The notes: generated from the letters alone by a model not told the origin. A DNA stretch of 64,000 nucleotides from Myxococcota bacterium (GCA_041687695.1 JAWLBL010000013.1:32001-96000), one strand, 5' to 3'. Positions 11,646-21,158 are shown, counted from the stretch's first letter. Numbers and translations: made by a program.

Positions 11646-13727
11646 ATGCGAAAGCCTGTTCGAGCCGTAGGCCCCTTGGTAGTCCTCATGAGTGCTGTAG
11701 CGGTGGCCGCTTGCGGTTGGGATCCGCTGTCCGCCTACGACGTCCCGGACGTCGAGGACATGGACTCGCCGGAGCCCGACACCGACGCCAAGGCCGGTGA
11801 GGTCGAGGGCGACGCCGTGGAGGACCTCGGACACGACGGCGCCTGGGACATGGATGATGGTTTGGACCTCGTCGAAGCCGTCGACGGGGAGGCTGGTGGC
11901 GACGCGGACGCCGCGGCTGAGACTGGCGACGGCGGCATCGGCCAGGATGGCGACGCCGACGTAGAGCCATCTGAGTGTGAGGTGGACGAGGACTGTACGG
12001 GGCCGGCGCCCCCGTGCCACCAACGCTCGTGCGTCGATGGGACCTGCGTGGCCGAGCCGGTCGACGACGGCATGCCGTGCGACGACGGGGACGCCTGCAC
12101 GGCTGGTGACACCTGTCAGGCTGGACTGTGTGCGAGCGGCGCGCCCAAGGTCTGCACGGCGAGCGACGCTTGCCACGAAGCGGGCGCTTGTGACCCGGCG
12201 ACCGGCGAGTGCAGTGATCCGGCCAGTGCTGACGGGAAGGTCTGTGACGACGGGCTGGTCTGTACGGATCAAGATGCCTGCAACGCGGGCGTGTGCGTCG
12301 GGAGCCCCGTCACGTGTGCGGCCCCGATCGTCGCGTGCGCCGTCGCCAGCTGCGAGGAGACGTCGCAGGGCTGCGTCACCGACGCGTCGGCTTGCGAATG
12401 CCTGGCCGACGCCGACTGCGGCGCGGGTCACGTCTGCACCGCTGGGGACTGCGTGTGCGTTCCGGCCTGTGATGGTAAGGCCTGCGGTTCCGACGGCTGC
12501 GGCGGGAGTTGCGGCAGCTGCGAGGACGATCAGTCCTGCACTCTTCAGGGCCAGTGCGTGTGTCAGCCCGACTGCGCCGGCAAGCAGTGCGGCGACGACG
12601 GCTGCGGCGGGAGCTGTGGAAGCTGCGGCGTCGGCACCGAATGCTCGCCCGAGGCCACCTGCGTCTGCGTGCCGGCCTGCGACGGGCGCGAGTGCGGCTC
12701 CGACGGCTGCGGAGGATCGTGCGGCTCGTGTGGGTCCGGCGAGGCCTGCTCGGCCCAGGGCCAGTGCGTGTGTCAGCCCGACTGCGCCGGCAAGCAGTGC
12801 GGAGACAACGGCTGTGGCGGCCTGTGCGGCGTCTGCGGCTCCGGCCTGGTCTGTGGGGACGCGAACCAGTGCGTCCAGCCACCCTGCGGCTTGCTCGGCG
12901 AGCCGTGCCCGTCAGGGTTCACGTGCGACGCGTCGGCCGCGGTCGGCACCAGCTATCCGGCCTTCTGCTTGAACCAGACCACGGGCGAGGTCTGGGTTCC
13001 CGCCGGGACCCTCTGGATGGGGTGTAACGCGCTCTTGGACTCGGATTGCGAGTCGAAGGAGAGCCCCCAACACCTGGTGACTGTGGATCAATACGCCATA
13101 GATCGTTTGCCCGTGACCGTCACCGCGTTCAAGGCCTGCGTGGCAGCCGGTGCTTGCGTAGCTCCATCATCAGGCGATTACAGCACCTACTGGAGCTCCG
13201 GCAAGGAAAGTCACCCTGTCAACTATGTATCTTGGAGCCAGGCGTCAGCCTACTGCGCCTGGTCGGGTAAGGCGGCGGGTACCCAGCGACTATGCACCGA
13301 AGCCGAGTGGGAGCGAGCGGCTCGCGGAGGTTGCGAAACCCTCACCGGCGATTGCGCCAGCAACATGCGGCTCTATCCTTGGGGATCAGCAGACGCCACG
13401 TGTACGTACGCGGTGATTTGGGAGTCGCAGCCTGGCTGTGGGACGGACACGTCGTCGCCACCCGGCTTGAAGCCCGCGGGAACGAGCCCGTATGGCGCAA
13501 GCGACATGGGCGGAGGGATGAGAACTTGGGTGAGCGACTGGTATGCGGCCTACGACTCGGCTCCCGCAACCAACCCTGCGGGACCAGCATCGGGTACGCA
13601 GCGTGTGACACGCGGTGGTTCGTTCGCGCTTGCGGGCTCGCATAGCCGGTCTTCCATGAGGTTCTCGACCACTCCGACCAGCAAGAGCTACTTGTACGGC
13701 GTACGATGCTGTAGGCCTATTCAATAG
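11646..13727 (+). CDS. Cys-rich repeat lipoprotein with C-terminal FGE-sulfatase (SUMF1, C-type lectin fold) domain
   Basis: GGAGG RBS, lipobox VAAC, acidic linker, CDDGDACT and DGCGGSCGSC repeats, then HPVNYVSWSQASAYC, RLCTEAEWERAARG, YPWG, RGGSF, GVRCCR. Confidence 0.85.
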   Translation: MRKPVRAVGPLVVLMSAVAVAACGWDPLSAYDVPDVEDMDSPEPDTDAKAGEVEGDAVEDLGHDGAWDMDDGLDLVEAVDGEAGGDADAAAETGDGGIGQDGDADVEPSECEVDEDCTGPAPPCHQRSCVDGTCVAEPVDDGMPCDDGDACTAGDTCQAGLCASGAPKVCTASDACHEAGACDPATGECSDPASADGKVCDDGLVCTDQDACNAGVCVGSPVTCAAPIVACAVASCEETSQGCVTDASACECLADADCGAGHVCTAGDCVCVPACDGKACGSDGCGGSCGSCEDDQSCTLQGQCVCQPDCAGKQCGDDGCGGSCGSCGVGTECSPEATCVCVPACDGRECGSDGCGGSCGSCGSGEACSAQGQCVCQPDCAGKQCGDNGCGGLCGVCGSGLVCGDANQCVQPPCGLLGEPCPSGFTCDASAAVGTSYPAFCLNQTTGEVWVPAGTLWMGCNALLDSDCESKESPQHLVTVDQYAIDRLPVTVTAFKACVAAGACVAPSSGDYSTYWSSGKESHPVNYVSWSQASAYCAWSGKAAGTQRLCTEAEWERAARGGCETLTGDCASNMRLYPWGSADATCTYAVIWESQPGCGTDTSSPPGLKPAGTSPYGASDMGGGMRTWVSDWYAAYDSAPATNPAGPASGTQRVTRGGSFALAGSHSRSSMRFSTTPTSKSYLYGVRCCRPIQ
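12546..12802 (+). repeat. Intragenic 47-bp exact repeat at 210-bp spacing
   Basis: CAGGGCCAGTGCGTGTGTCAGCCCGACTGCGCCGGCAAGCAGTGCGG at 12546-12592 and 12756-12802. Confidence 0.9.
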
Positions 13728-13952
13728 GCCACCGGCTGTCGACGCGTCATGAACGCTTTTTTGAGGCCCGCATCGAGGGCTGCTCAGGTACTCCGGCTCA
13801 AGGCCACCTTCTAGCTAGAGGCGCAGGTAACGCCAGCGATCCCTCTACGTACCTCAAGAAGTGGTGCCTCGGCGGCGCACCTAGGTCACGACGCGTCGGA
13901 AACCAGGGCTGCCAGCCCACGAGCCGCATCGTCCGTCCATGCCGTTGAGCGG

Positions 13953-13993
13953 AAAAGCAAAAGGCGAAGCACCGAGCGGTGCCTCGCCTTTGC
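13953..13993 (-). terminator. Rho-independent terminator of the 14035-16506 gene
   Basis: Minus strand GCAAAGGCGAGGCACC-GCTC-GGTGCTTCGCCTTTTGCTTTT. Confidence 0.8.
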
Positions 13994-14034
13994 AGTGGTC
14001 AGTGGGTCGGCGCTCGCGCGCCGGCCCGCTTAGA

Positions 14035-16506
14035 TCACAGGCAGTGGTTCTTCGGCAGGCCCGAGGTGGCCTTCTCGAAGCAGCCCTTGGTGGTCTCGCC
14101 CCAGGCGTTGGTCGACTCGAGGCACTCGAAGGGCGCGTCGCAGTCGTCCGTGGTCTCGCAGGGCTCGACGCAGTTGAAGGCGGCGAGGTCGCCGGCGTCG
14201 AGGCCGAGGTTGACGCAGGCGAGGTCGCCCGGGCAGTAGGCGCCGAAGTCGCAGGGGGTGCACTCGGCGACCTGCGTGCAGACCGGGACGGCGCCGGTGT
14301 TGTCGGCGTAGATGCCCTTGCGGGGGCGCAGGACCAGGTCGTCACAGACCATGTTGGGCGAGCCCTCGGTCGCGCAGGTGTCGTTGTCGGGGTCGCACAG
14401 CGCCGAGCAGTAGCCCTGGCCGCCCGCGCCCTCGAGGCACAGGCCGCTCACGCACTCGAAGTCCTCGGCGTCCAGATCGCAGGCCTCGCCCAGCTGCTTG
14501 GTCGGGGTCGGCGCGTCGTCGGCCAGGATGTCGATGCAAAGGTAGTCGGTCTTGGACGGGTAGTCGGGGCCGAAGGCGACGACGTAGGGCTGGCAGGACT
14601 GGCCCTCGTCGCAGGTGAAGTCGTCCGAGCAGTCCTCGGCGCTGGAGCCCTGGGGGTTGGGCTGGCAGAGGCTGAGGTAGACGTTGATGGTCGGGTCCTC
14701 GAAGTCGCCGCCCCAGGCGTACAGCAGCGAGGTGCAGCGGCTGGTCAGGGTGACCGGCTGGTTGTCCACGGTGATGTCGAGCGACGGGCACTCGGTCGCC
14801 GCCTCGCAGGTCTGGCTGCAGAAGCCGGGGGTGTTGGTCGCCGCGTCGGCGCCGAGGCACAGGCCCGCCTTGCAGTCCGCGCCGCTCATGCAGGACGCGC
14901 CGTACTCGCCGGCGCCGGCCTCGGCCGGGACGCACTTGCCGCGCAGGGTGTAGGGGCCGTCGGCGACCTGCGCGCCCTCGACGAGGTTCTCGACCTCGTA
15001 GACCTCGCAGGTGTAGCCCTCGCCACAGGAGACCTCGCTGAGGCAGTCCGTGGTCGCGCCCGGGTAGGTCGTGCACCAGTTCAGGGGCAGCGACGCGTCG
15101 GGGTTCTCGTCCTCGTCCACGTCGAGGGTGAACTCGAACACCGTGCAGAGCTGGCCCTTGTCGGTCGCGCAGTCGGCGTCGGTCTTGCAGATGGCCGAGC
15201 AGAACCCGCCGATGCACATGTCCTCGTTGGCGCAGGTGTCGCCCGGGATGTTGTCGTTCGGGTTGGCGTCGCAGGGCTCGCCCAGCGCGGCGCCGCCCTC
15301 GACCTGCGGCAGGCAGATGTGCTGCCAGGCGTGGTCCGGGGGCTCCTCGCCGTTCCAGTTGAAGCGGCAGTAGGCGTCGCCGATGCAGTCGCCGTCGACC
15401 TCGCAGCTCTTGGGCCAGCAGAACTGGGCCTCGTAGGGGGAGTTGCTGAAGATGGTGCGCGGCTCGTCGCAGTACATGCCGCTGCAGTCGAGGTCGGTCG
15501 TGCAGGCGACGTTCGGGGCCTTGCGGCAGGTGCCCGAGCCGGTGTCGCAGCCGTCGGTCGGGTCGCCGGCGGTCGTGTCGCAGTCGGCGTCCGACTTGCA
15601 GTAGCCGACGCAGCCGAGGCCGAAGCACAGACCGGACTCGCAGAAGGCGACGTCGCTCGTGCCGAACGGGTCCTCGTTGCAGATCTCGCCGAGGCTCGCC
15701 GTGCCACCCCACTCACCCGGCTTGACCTTGGTCAGGCACTTCTCGGTGATGGCGGTGCCGACCACGGCGAGGAAGCAGCCCTCGCCCTCGGGGCAGTCGG
15801 TGTCGGCCTTGCAGTTGCCGAAGAACTGGGTCGGCACGCAGAAGGCGCTGACGTTCTGGGCGTCGGGCTGCGAGAAGCTGGCGCAGACGTAGTCCGTGCC
15901 GCCGGGGCCGTCGGCGAAGTCACCGCAGTCGGTCAGCGGCGAGTCGGGGTCCTCGACGCCGTCCTTGCCGGCCGCGCCGGTCTTGTTGTTGACGGTGTCC
16001 TTGTAGATCTCGCAGGGCGTGGTGCACACCGGGTAGGTGATCCACGCGCCCTGGATGCCCGCGTTCAGACAGAACTTCGACGCGCACTGGTCGTGCAGGC
16101 AGTTCGGGTAGTCCTCGTCGTCGGGCGTGCACTCGGCGTTGGCCCCGCAGAAGCTGCCGTTGGGCAGGCCGGGCGCCTCGCACTTGTGCGCGGCGTTGCA
16201 CTGGGTGCCGGCCTGGCAGGTGCCGCAGTTCTTGCCGGTCGCGCTGGTGCCGCACTCCCAGGTCGCCGGGCAGTCGTTGGTCGTCGTGTCGGGGTCGACG
16301 GTCGTGTCGGGGTCGACGGTCGTGTCGGGATCGACGGTCGTGTCGGGCGTGCCGTCGTCCGACTCCGGGACGTCGCCCGTCGTGGTGTCGGTGTCGGTGA
16401 CGTCCGGGGTGGGGCCGACGTTGCCGCCGCCGCTGTCGTCGCAGGCCGCGAGGGCGAACAGGCCCGCCACGACCAGCGACAGGGCATGGGTGCTCAGTAA
16501 CCGCAT
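14035..16506 (-). CDS. Large Cys-rich acidic lipoprotein
   Basis: Lipobox LAAC, DTTVDP repeats, recurring LGEPC/CxSGLC/GFCSxxC modules; host-like codon usage. Confidence 0.85.
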   Translation of the reverse strand: MRLLSTHALSLVVAGLFALAACDDSGGGNVGPTPDVTDTDTTTGDVPESDDGTPDTTVDPDTTVDPDTTVDPDTTTNDCPATWECGTSATGKNCGTCQAGTQCNAAHKCEAPGLPNGSFCGANAECTPDDEDYPNCLHDQCASKFCLNAGIQGAWITYPVCTTPCEIYKDTVNNKTGAAGKDGVEDPDSPLTDCGDFADGPGGTDYVCASFSQPDAQNVSAFCVPTQFFGNCKADTDCPEGEGCFLAVVGTAITEKCLTKVKPGEWGGTASLGEICNEDPFGTSDVAFCESGLCFGLGCVGYCKSDADCDTTAGDPTDGCDTGSGTCRKAPNVACTTDLDCSGMYCDEPRTIFSNSPYEAQFCWPKSCEVDGDCIGDAYCRFNWNGEEPPDHAWQHICLPQVEGGAALGEPCDANPNDNIPGDTCANEDMCIGGFCSAICKTDADCATDKGQLCTVFEFTLDVDEDENPDASLPLNWCTTYPGATTDCLSEVSCGEGYTCEVYEVENLVEGAQVADGPYTLRGKCVPAEAGAGEYGASCMSGADCKAGLCLGADAATNTPGFCSQTCEAATECPSLDITVDNQPVTLTSRCTSLLYAWGGDFEDPTINVYLSLCQPNPQGSSAEDCSDDFTCDEGQSCQPYVVAFGPDYPSKTDYLCIDILADDAPTPTKQLGEACDLDAEDFECVSGLCLEGAGGQGYCSALCDPDNDTCATEGSPNMVCDDLVLRPRKGIYADNTGAVPVCTQVAECTPCDFGAYCPGDLACVNLGLDAGDLAAFNCVEPCETTDDCDAPFECLESTNAWGETTKGCFEKATSGLPKNHCL

Positions 16507-16609
16507 CAGTCTCTCCTGGGAGGGCGCATCGCCGAAGCTCGCTGCCGGGAACTACGCGAAACTTCTATGTTCTCGCGTAGGGGGGTGCTCTGCACGAAAG
16601 CGGTCGCGG

Positions 16610-16638
16610 AGCATAGGAGGCCGCTTGCACGGTGTCAA
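16610..16638 (-). promoter_or_regulatory. Candidate sigma70 promoter
   Basis: TTGACA-N17-TATGCT. Confidence 0.6.
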
Positions 16639-16864
16639 GGCGATCGGGCCGCGGGATTGCTTGCTCTGAGCCGCTCGGGACGGGGCGCGGAGGGGGGGCG
16701 GCGGGGCCGCGCTGCGTCGCACGCGGACGCGCTCGGGGCGGCCACGGGCGGGTTCGGTAACGAGAACCGCGACCAAAGGTGTCCCGGGTGTCGCCTGGCG
16801 TTGGCGCCGTGGGGGGCCTTTGGTACAGTCCGTCCGCGGTGGGCAACCGGAACCGGGCGGCAAG

Positions 16865-19408
16865 ATGCTGTTTTCCTGCTCCAAGTGCGAGACGAAGTAC
16901 AAGATCCCCGACGAGAAGGTGGCCGGCAAGGTCCTGAAGGTCCGGTGCAAGACCTGCGGGGCCGTGGTCGTCGTGCGGGACCCGCACGCGGCCGAGCGGG
17001 CGCGCCCGGAGACGGTCGGTGCGATGAGCGCCGTGTCCGAGGATCCTCAGTGGTACGTCGGGGTCGGCGGTGAGCAGAAGGGGCCGCTGACGACCGCGTT
17101 GGTGGCGCAGCTGATCGCCCAGGGGCACGTGACGGCGCAGACGTACGTGTGGCGCGCCGGCATGACCGATTGGGCGCTGGCGCCCGCCGTGCCTGGTCTT
17201 GCTCCGTTGTTCACGCGCGCGACGGCGGCGCCGAGCGAGGCCGAGGCGCGGGCGCGGCTGGAGGCGGAGGCGCGGGCGAAGGCCGAGGCGGAGGTGCGGG
17301 CGCGGCTGGAGGCGGAGGCGCGGGCGAAGGCCGAGGCCGAGGCGCGGGCGCGGCTGGAGGCCGAGGCGCGGGCGAAGGCCGAGGCGGAGGTGCGGGCGCG
17401 GCTGGAGGCGGAGGCGCGGGCGAAGGCCGAGGCCGAGGCGCGGGCGCGGCTGGAGGCCGAGGCGCGGGCGAAGGCCGAGGCCGAGGTGCAACGTCAAGCC
17501 GAGGCCGCGCGGGCACAGGTCGAAGCGCTTGCGAGGCGTCAAGCCGAGGCGGAGGCGCGGGCGAAGGCCGAGGCGGAGGCGCGTGCCGCTGCCGAGGCGC
17601 AGGCGCAGGCCGAGGCGGAGGCGCGTGCCGCTGCGGAAGCGCAGGCCAAGGCCGAGGTCGAGGCGCGTGCCGCTGCGGAAGCGCAGGCCAAGGCCGAGGT
17701 CGAGGCGCAGGAGAGGGCCGAGGCTGAGGCGCGTGCTGCCGCCGAGGCGGAGGCGCTGGCGAGGGCCGAGGCCCAAGCCAAGGCCGAGGCGCTGGCGCTG
17801 GCGCGGGCGAAGGTCGAGGCGGAGGCCCGGGCGAGGGCGGAAGCGCAGGCCAAGGCCGAGGCCGAGGAGCGAGCGCGGGTCGAGGCGGCAGAGCGCGCGC
17901 GCTCGGACGCCGAGGCGAAGCTCGAGGCCGAGCGCGGCCGTTCCGACGACGGGGCGATGATGGCGCCTCCGAGCGGCCCGCGACCGTCGCTGCCGCCGCT
18001 GCCGCCGCTGTCCGAGGTGCTCGGCGAGACGGCGCCCCCGACGCCGGAGCCGGCGCAGGCCAGCGGGCCGATCCCTGCGCCTCCCCTGCCTCCCTCGAGC
18101 GCCGCCGCGCCCGTCCAGGCGCCCTCCGCTGTGCCCGCGAGCGTGCCCGCGCCCCCGCGGCCGGCGCCGTCGGACGCCGTGGCCCGCGCCGCCATGGACG
18201 CCAGCGCGGCGGTCCAGGTGGGGTCCGGCGCCCGTGGGGCCGCGCCCTCGGGGATCCCGGCGCCGCCCGCGGACGACGCGACCGCCGAGCCTCCCGTGGC
18301 GCCCGTCGCTGCCGGCCAGGCGCCGTCCAAGCTGGCCGAGCTGGCGGCCGACGCGCCCGACGGCGCGCTCGTGAGCGACGTCATCCACGACGACTTCTTC
18401 AACAGCGCGCCGCCTCCGCCCGTCGGGGCGACCAGCGACATCTTCGCGCAGTTCGACGCTCCGCCGCAGGCGGCCTCCGCCGAGGACAAGGCCTACCTCA
18501 AGAAGGCGATGAAGGAGGCGACGGCCGCGCTCGACGGGCTCGAGATCGTCAACAAGCCGTCGGCCAACGAGATGCAGTCCCTGCGGGAGGAGTTCTCGGT
18601 CCTCGTGCGGCTCGACAAGCAGAAGAAGCGGCGGACCTGGCTGTTCCTGGTGGCGGCCCTGGTGCTCGTGTCGGCGGGCGTGGGCGGCTTCATCCTCTAT
18701 CAGGAGCAGCGGGCCGCCCTGCGGGCGCGCAACCTCGAGGACTTCGCGACCTCGGGCGGATTCGCGCCCGCGACCGCAGAGCGCGCCGTCTACGAGGCGC
18801 GGGTGGCCGAGCAGGAGGCGGCCTCGGACCGGCCCTTGACGGTGGCCGAGCGCCGGGCGCTCGCCGAGCGGATCAAGGCCGAGGCGGACGCGCGCAAGGC
18901 CGCGTCGCGGAAGACGGCGGCCGCGAGCAAGACGGGCGCGGGCGCGGCCACGTCGAAGGCCACGGCGAAGCTGACGAACGAGGCGGTCCGCAAGGAGGAC
19001 GAGAACGCGGCGCGCTACAAGAAGATGTCGGCGGCCGAGTTCGCGGCGCTCACGGCCGAGGACGGCAAGCGCGAGACCAAGATCGGCGGGGCCGACCCGC
19101 TGGCCGCGGCGGCCAAGGAGGCCGAGGCCGCGGCCGAGAAGAAGAAGGCGGCGATGGCGACCGAGCGCGCCACCGAGGTGGCCAAGGCGTTCGCGGCGAA
19201 GAAGCGGCAGCTCGCCGAGTGCAAGGACGCCACCGAAGAGAAGGTGAGGGTCCTGTTCACGGTGACGCCCGTGGGGCGCGTGGTCGAGGCCAGCGTCGAG
19301 GGGACGTCGAGCTCGCGCAAGGCCGATTGCGTCAAGAGCATCCTGGGACGCGCCCAGTTCCCGTCGGGCGACGGGACGGAGAAGTACGCGCAGACCCTGA
19401 CGCTCTGA
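16865..19408 (+). CDS. GltJ/AgmX-like protein: zinc ribbon, GYF_2 domain, Ala/Glu-rich repeats, Pro-rich linker, TM helix, TonB-C-like domain
   Basis: [15 protein letters not shown]...[19 protein letters not shown]...[33 protein letters not shown]-terminal [11 protein letters not shown]...[14 protein letters not shown]. Confidence 0.8.
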   Translation: MLFSCSKCETKYKIPDEKVAGKVLKVRCKTCGAVVVVRDPHAAERARPETVGAMSAVSEDPQWYVGVGGEQKGPLTTALVAQLIAQGHVTAQTYVWRAGMTDWALAPAVPGLAPLFTRATAAPSEAEARARLEAEARAKAEAEVRARLEAEARAKAEAEARARLEAEARAKAEAEVRARLEAEARAKAEAEARARLEAEARAKAEAEVQRQAEAARAQVEALARRQAEAEARAKAEAEARAAAEAQAQAEAEARAAAEAQAKAEVEARAAAEAQAKAEVEAQERAEAEARAAAEAEALARAEAQAKAEALALARAKVEAEARARAEAQAKAEAEERARVEAAERARSDAEAKLEAERGRSDDGAMMAPPSGPRPSLPPLPPLSEVLGETAPPTPEPAQASGPIPAPPLPPSSAAAPVQAPSAVPASVPAPPRPAPSDAVARAAMDASAAVQVGSGARGAAPSGIPAPPADDATAEPPVAPVAAGQAPSKLAELAADAPDGALVSDVIHDDFFNSAPPPPVGATSDIFAQFDAPPQAASAEDKAYLKKAMKEATAALDGLEIVNKPSANEMQSLREEFSVLVRLDKQKKRRTWLFLVAALVLVSAGVGGFILYQEQRAALRARNLEDFATSGGFAPATAERAVYEARVAEQEAASDRPLTVAERRALAERIKAEADARKAASRKTAAASKTGAGAATSKATAKLTNEAVRKEDENAARYKKMSAAEFAALTAEDGKRETKIGGADPLAAAAKEAEAAAEKKKAAMATERATEVAKAFAAKKRQLAECKDATEEKVRVLFTVTPVGRVVEASVEGTSSSRKADCVKSILGRAQFPSGDGTEKYAQTLTL
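17237..17485 (+). repeat. Intragenic 48-bp tandem repeat ([16 protein letters not shown]) x5
   Basis: Visible in DNA and protein, with alternating A/V variant. Confidence 0.85.
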
Positions 19409-19535
19409 ACGGGGCGGGGCGCCGCCGGCCCTGAGAGCCGGGGCCCGAGGCGCGGGGTGGCACCCGCCTTTGAATAGCGCGCGGCGCCGTGCTATCCAAC
19501 GGGCCTCCGCCACCGCAGACCAAAGGGGACAAGCT

Positions 19536-20141
19536 ATGAAGACCGCTCGCCTTTTCGCCGTCGTCGCCGCCGCGGCGCTCGTGACCCTCATGGCGTCGGG
19601 GGCGCTCGCGTCCGACCGCACGCGCCAGAAGATGGAGCTGGTCGGCTTCTCGGACGACGGCAAGGAGTTCGTCCTGAAGGTCACGGACGAGGAGCGCGGG
19701 ACCTTCTTCCAGGTGCGGACGACCAAGAAGAACGAGATCGTGAAGGTCTATCCGTTCGCGGAGGGCGAGGACAAGAAGGTCTTCGCCAAGGTCAAGCGCG
19801 TCCACGAGGTCGGCGGCGAGCTGTCCGACTCGCCCGAGAACCCGAAGAAGGGCGTGACGCTGATGTCGGCCCAGAAGGAGGACAAGCTCTTCCTGTACGT
19901 GATGAAGGGCGACCGCATCGCCAAGTACGACGAGATCGCGCTCGAGAAGACCCGCAAGGGCGACCCCGCGAAGTCGAACGTCATGCAGATGGCGTGGGAC
20001 CCCAAGGGCAAGTACGGGGTCGTCGTCTACCACCAGAAGCTGACTGATCTCGGCGAGTGGGAGGGCGACTTCGTCTACTCCTTCGTCTACCGGTCCTACA
20101 AGGTGAACTTCGGCGACGACTCGGGCGACGGGGACGAGTGA
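19536..20141 (+). CDS. Exported hypothetical protein
   Basis: Signal peptide MKTARLF...ALA, host-like codon usage, upstream TTGAAT-N17-TATCCA. Confidence 0.75.
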   Translation: MKTARLFAVVAAAALVTLMASGALASDRTRQKMELVGFSDDGKEFVLKVTDEERGTFFQVRTTKKNEIVKVYPFAEGEDKKVFAKVKRVHEVGGELSDSPENPKKGVTLMSAQKEDKLFLYVMKGDRIAKYDEIALEKTRKGDPAKSNVMQMAWDPKGKYGVVVYHQKLTDLGEWEGDFVYSFVYRSYKVNFGDDSGDGDE

Positions 20142-20440
20142 TGGCGCGACGGGCGCCCCGACGCCGCGCGAGCGACATCAGCCGGCGTCAGAAGCGGTCG
20201 CTTCAGCAGCTGCTGATGACCGCGCTGGCGCTGGCGATGCTGCTGCTGTTCTGGGGACAGCTCTCGCAGGGCGCCGCTGGGTGCTTCACGATGATGTCTG
20301 GGCCGCAGGAGCCTGGTGTCGCGCCAGGCGCGGCGCGTCCGACGGGCGACGCCGACGCCGTGGGTGACCAGCCCCGCCAGCCAGAAGACCAGCCGGCGCC
20401 CGCCATCCGCGTTCAGGTGCCCGACGCCTCGTCGCGCTGA
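20141..20440 (+). CDS. Small single-TM hypothetical protein
   Basis: TGATG coupling to upstream gene; basic N-terminus then hydrophobic segment. Confidence 0.6.
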   Translation: MARRAPRRRASDISRRQKRSLQQLLMTALALAMLLLFWGQLSQGAAGCFTMMSGPQEPGVAPGAARPTGDADAVGDQPRQPEDQPAPAIRVQVPDASSR

Positions 20441-20470
20441 GGCGACCGACGCCTGGTCGCGCTGAGGCGC
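20421..20470 (+). repeat. 25-bp tandem duplication spanning a stop codon
   Basis: CCGACGCCTCGTCGCGCTGAGGCGA / CCGACGCCTGGTCGCGCTGAGGCGC. Confidence 0.75.
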
Positions 20471-20487
20471 GTGGTGGCCGCTCGTCG

Positions 20488-20593
20488 TGACGCGGCGTGC
20501 GTGTGAGGGCGTCGCGCGTCATGACGCGCGTCATGACGCGCCGTGTCACGAATTCCGTTGACGCGCATGACGCGCCGCGTTAGCTATGCGTCA
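20488..20593 (+). promoter_or_regulatory. Promoter with clustered TGACGCG/CGCGTCA palindromic sites
   Basis: 28-bp perfect palindrome 20514-20541; TTGACG(20558)-N17-TAGCTA. Confidence 0.6.
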
Positions 20594-20663
20594 TACGCGA
20601 CAATCAGCAGCCCCCGAGCCCGCGCCCAACACGGCGTCGGCCAGCGGGCGCGGAGGAACGACG

Positions 20664-21158
20664 ATGACGGCGAACGTTGAGACGGCGGCCCCAGCGGGCA
20701 AGAAGCACTGGACGGCCGAGACGCTCGGGCAGGTCCAGACGCAGGTCGAGAAGGTCTGGGCCGACACCCTGACGCAGATGCAGGCGGTGGTGCCGAGGGT
20801 GCAGGGCGCCGAGAAGGAAGTGCGCGAGCTGGTCCGGCGCCTCGAGGCGGACGGCCGCAAGCACCTCGAGACCCTGCGCGAGCAGCTCAAGGACGGCGTG
20901 ATCGGCCGACTCAAGGGCCAGGACCTGCTCGAGCAGGGCAAGGGCCTGTTCGACCAGGGCGCCAAGCTCGGCGAGGAGGCCATCGAGAAGCTCGGCCTCG
21001 TCACCAGCGGTGACCTGACCGGGATCAAGGACGAGCTGGACAAGCTCGCCAAGAAGCTCGAGACCGTGCGCAAGAAGGTGAACGTGGTCGCGAGCAAGAA
21101 GGACGTCGAGGAGCTCGACAAGCGCCTCGCGGCCCTCGAGGCGAAGGTCCAGCAGTAG
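20664..21158 (+). CDS. Phasin-like (granule-associated) coiled-coil protein
   Basis: GGAGG RBS; helical; LGLVTSGDL and VASKKDVEELDKRLAALE motifs resemble PhaF/phasin C-termini. Confidence 0.6.
   Translation: MTANVETAAPAGKKHWTAETLGQVQTQVEKVWADTLTQMQAVVPRVQGAEKEVRELVRRLEADGRKHLETLREQLKDGVIGRLKGQDLLEQGKGLFDQGAKLGEEAIEKLGLVTSGDLTGIKDELDKLAKKLETVRKKVNVVASKKDVEELDKRLAALEAKVQQ

Noticed and set aside
11646..14030. Complete diversity-generating retroelement
   Set aside because: No reverse transcriptase, Avd or template repeat was found, and codons in the putative variable region are not clearly NNC-biased.
13939..19726. Long antisense ORFs (853 aa and 1053 aa) and similar shadow ORFs throughout
   Set aside because: They mirror real genes on the opposite strand and result from stop-codon scarcity at high GC.
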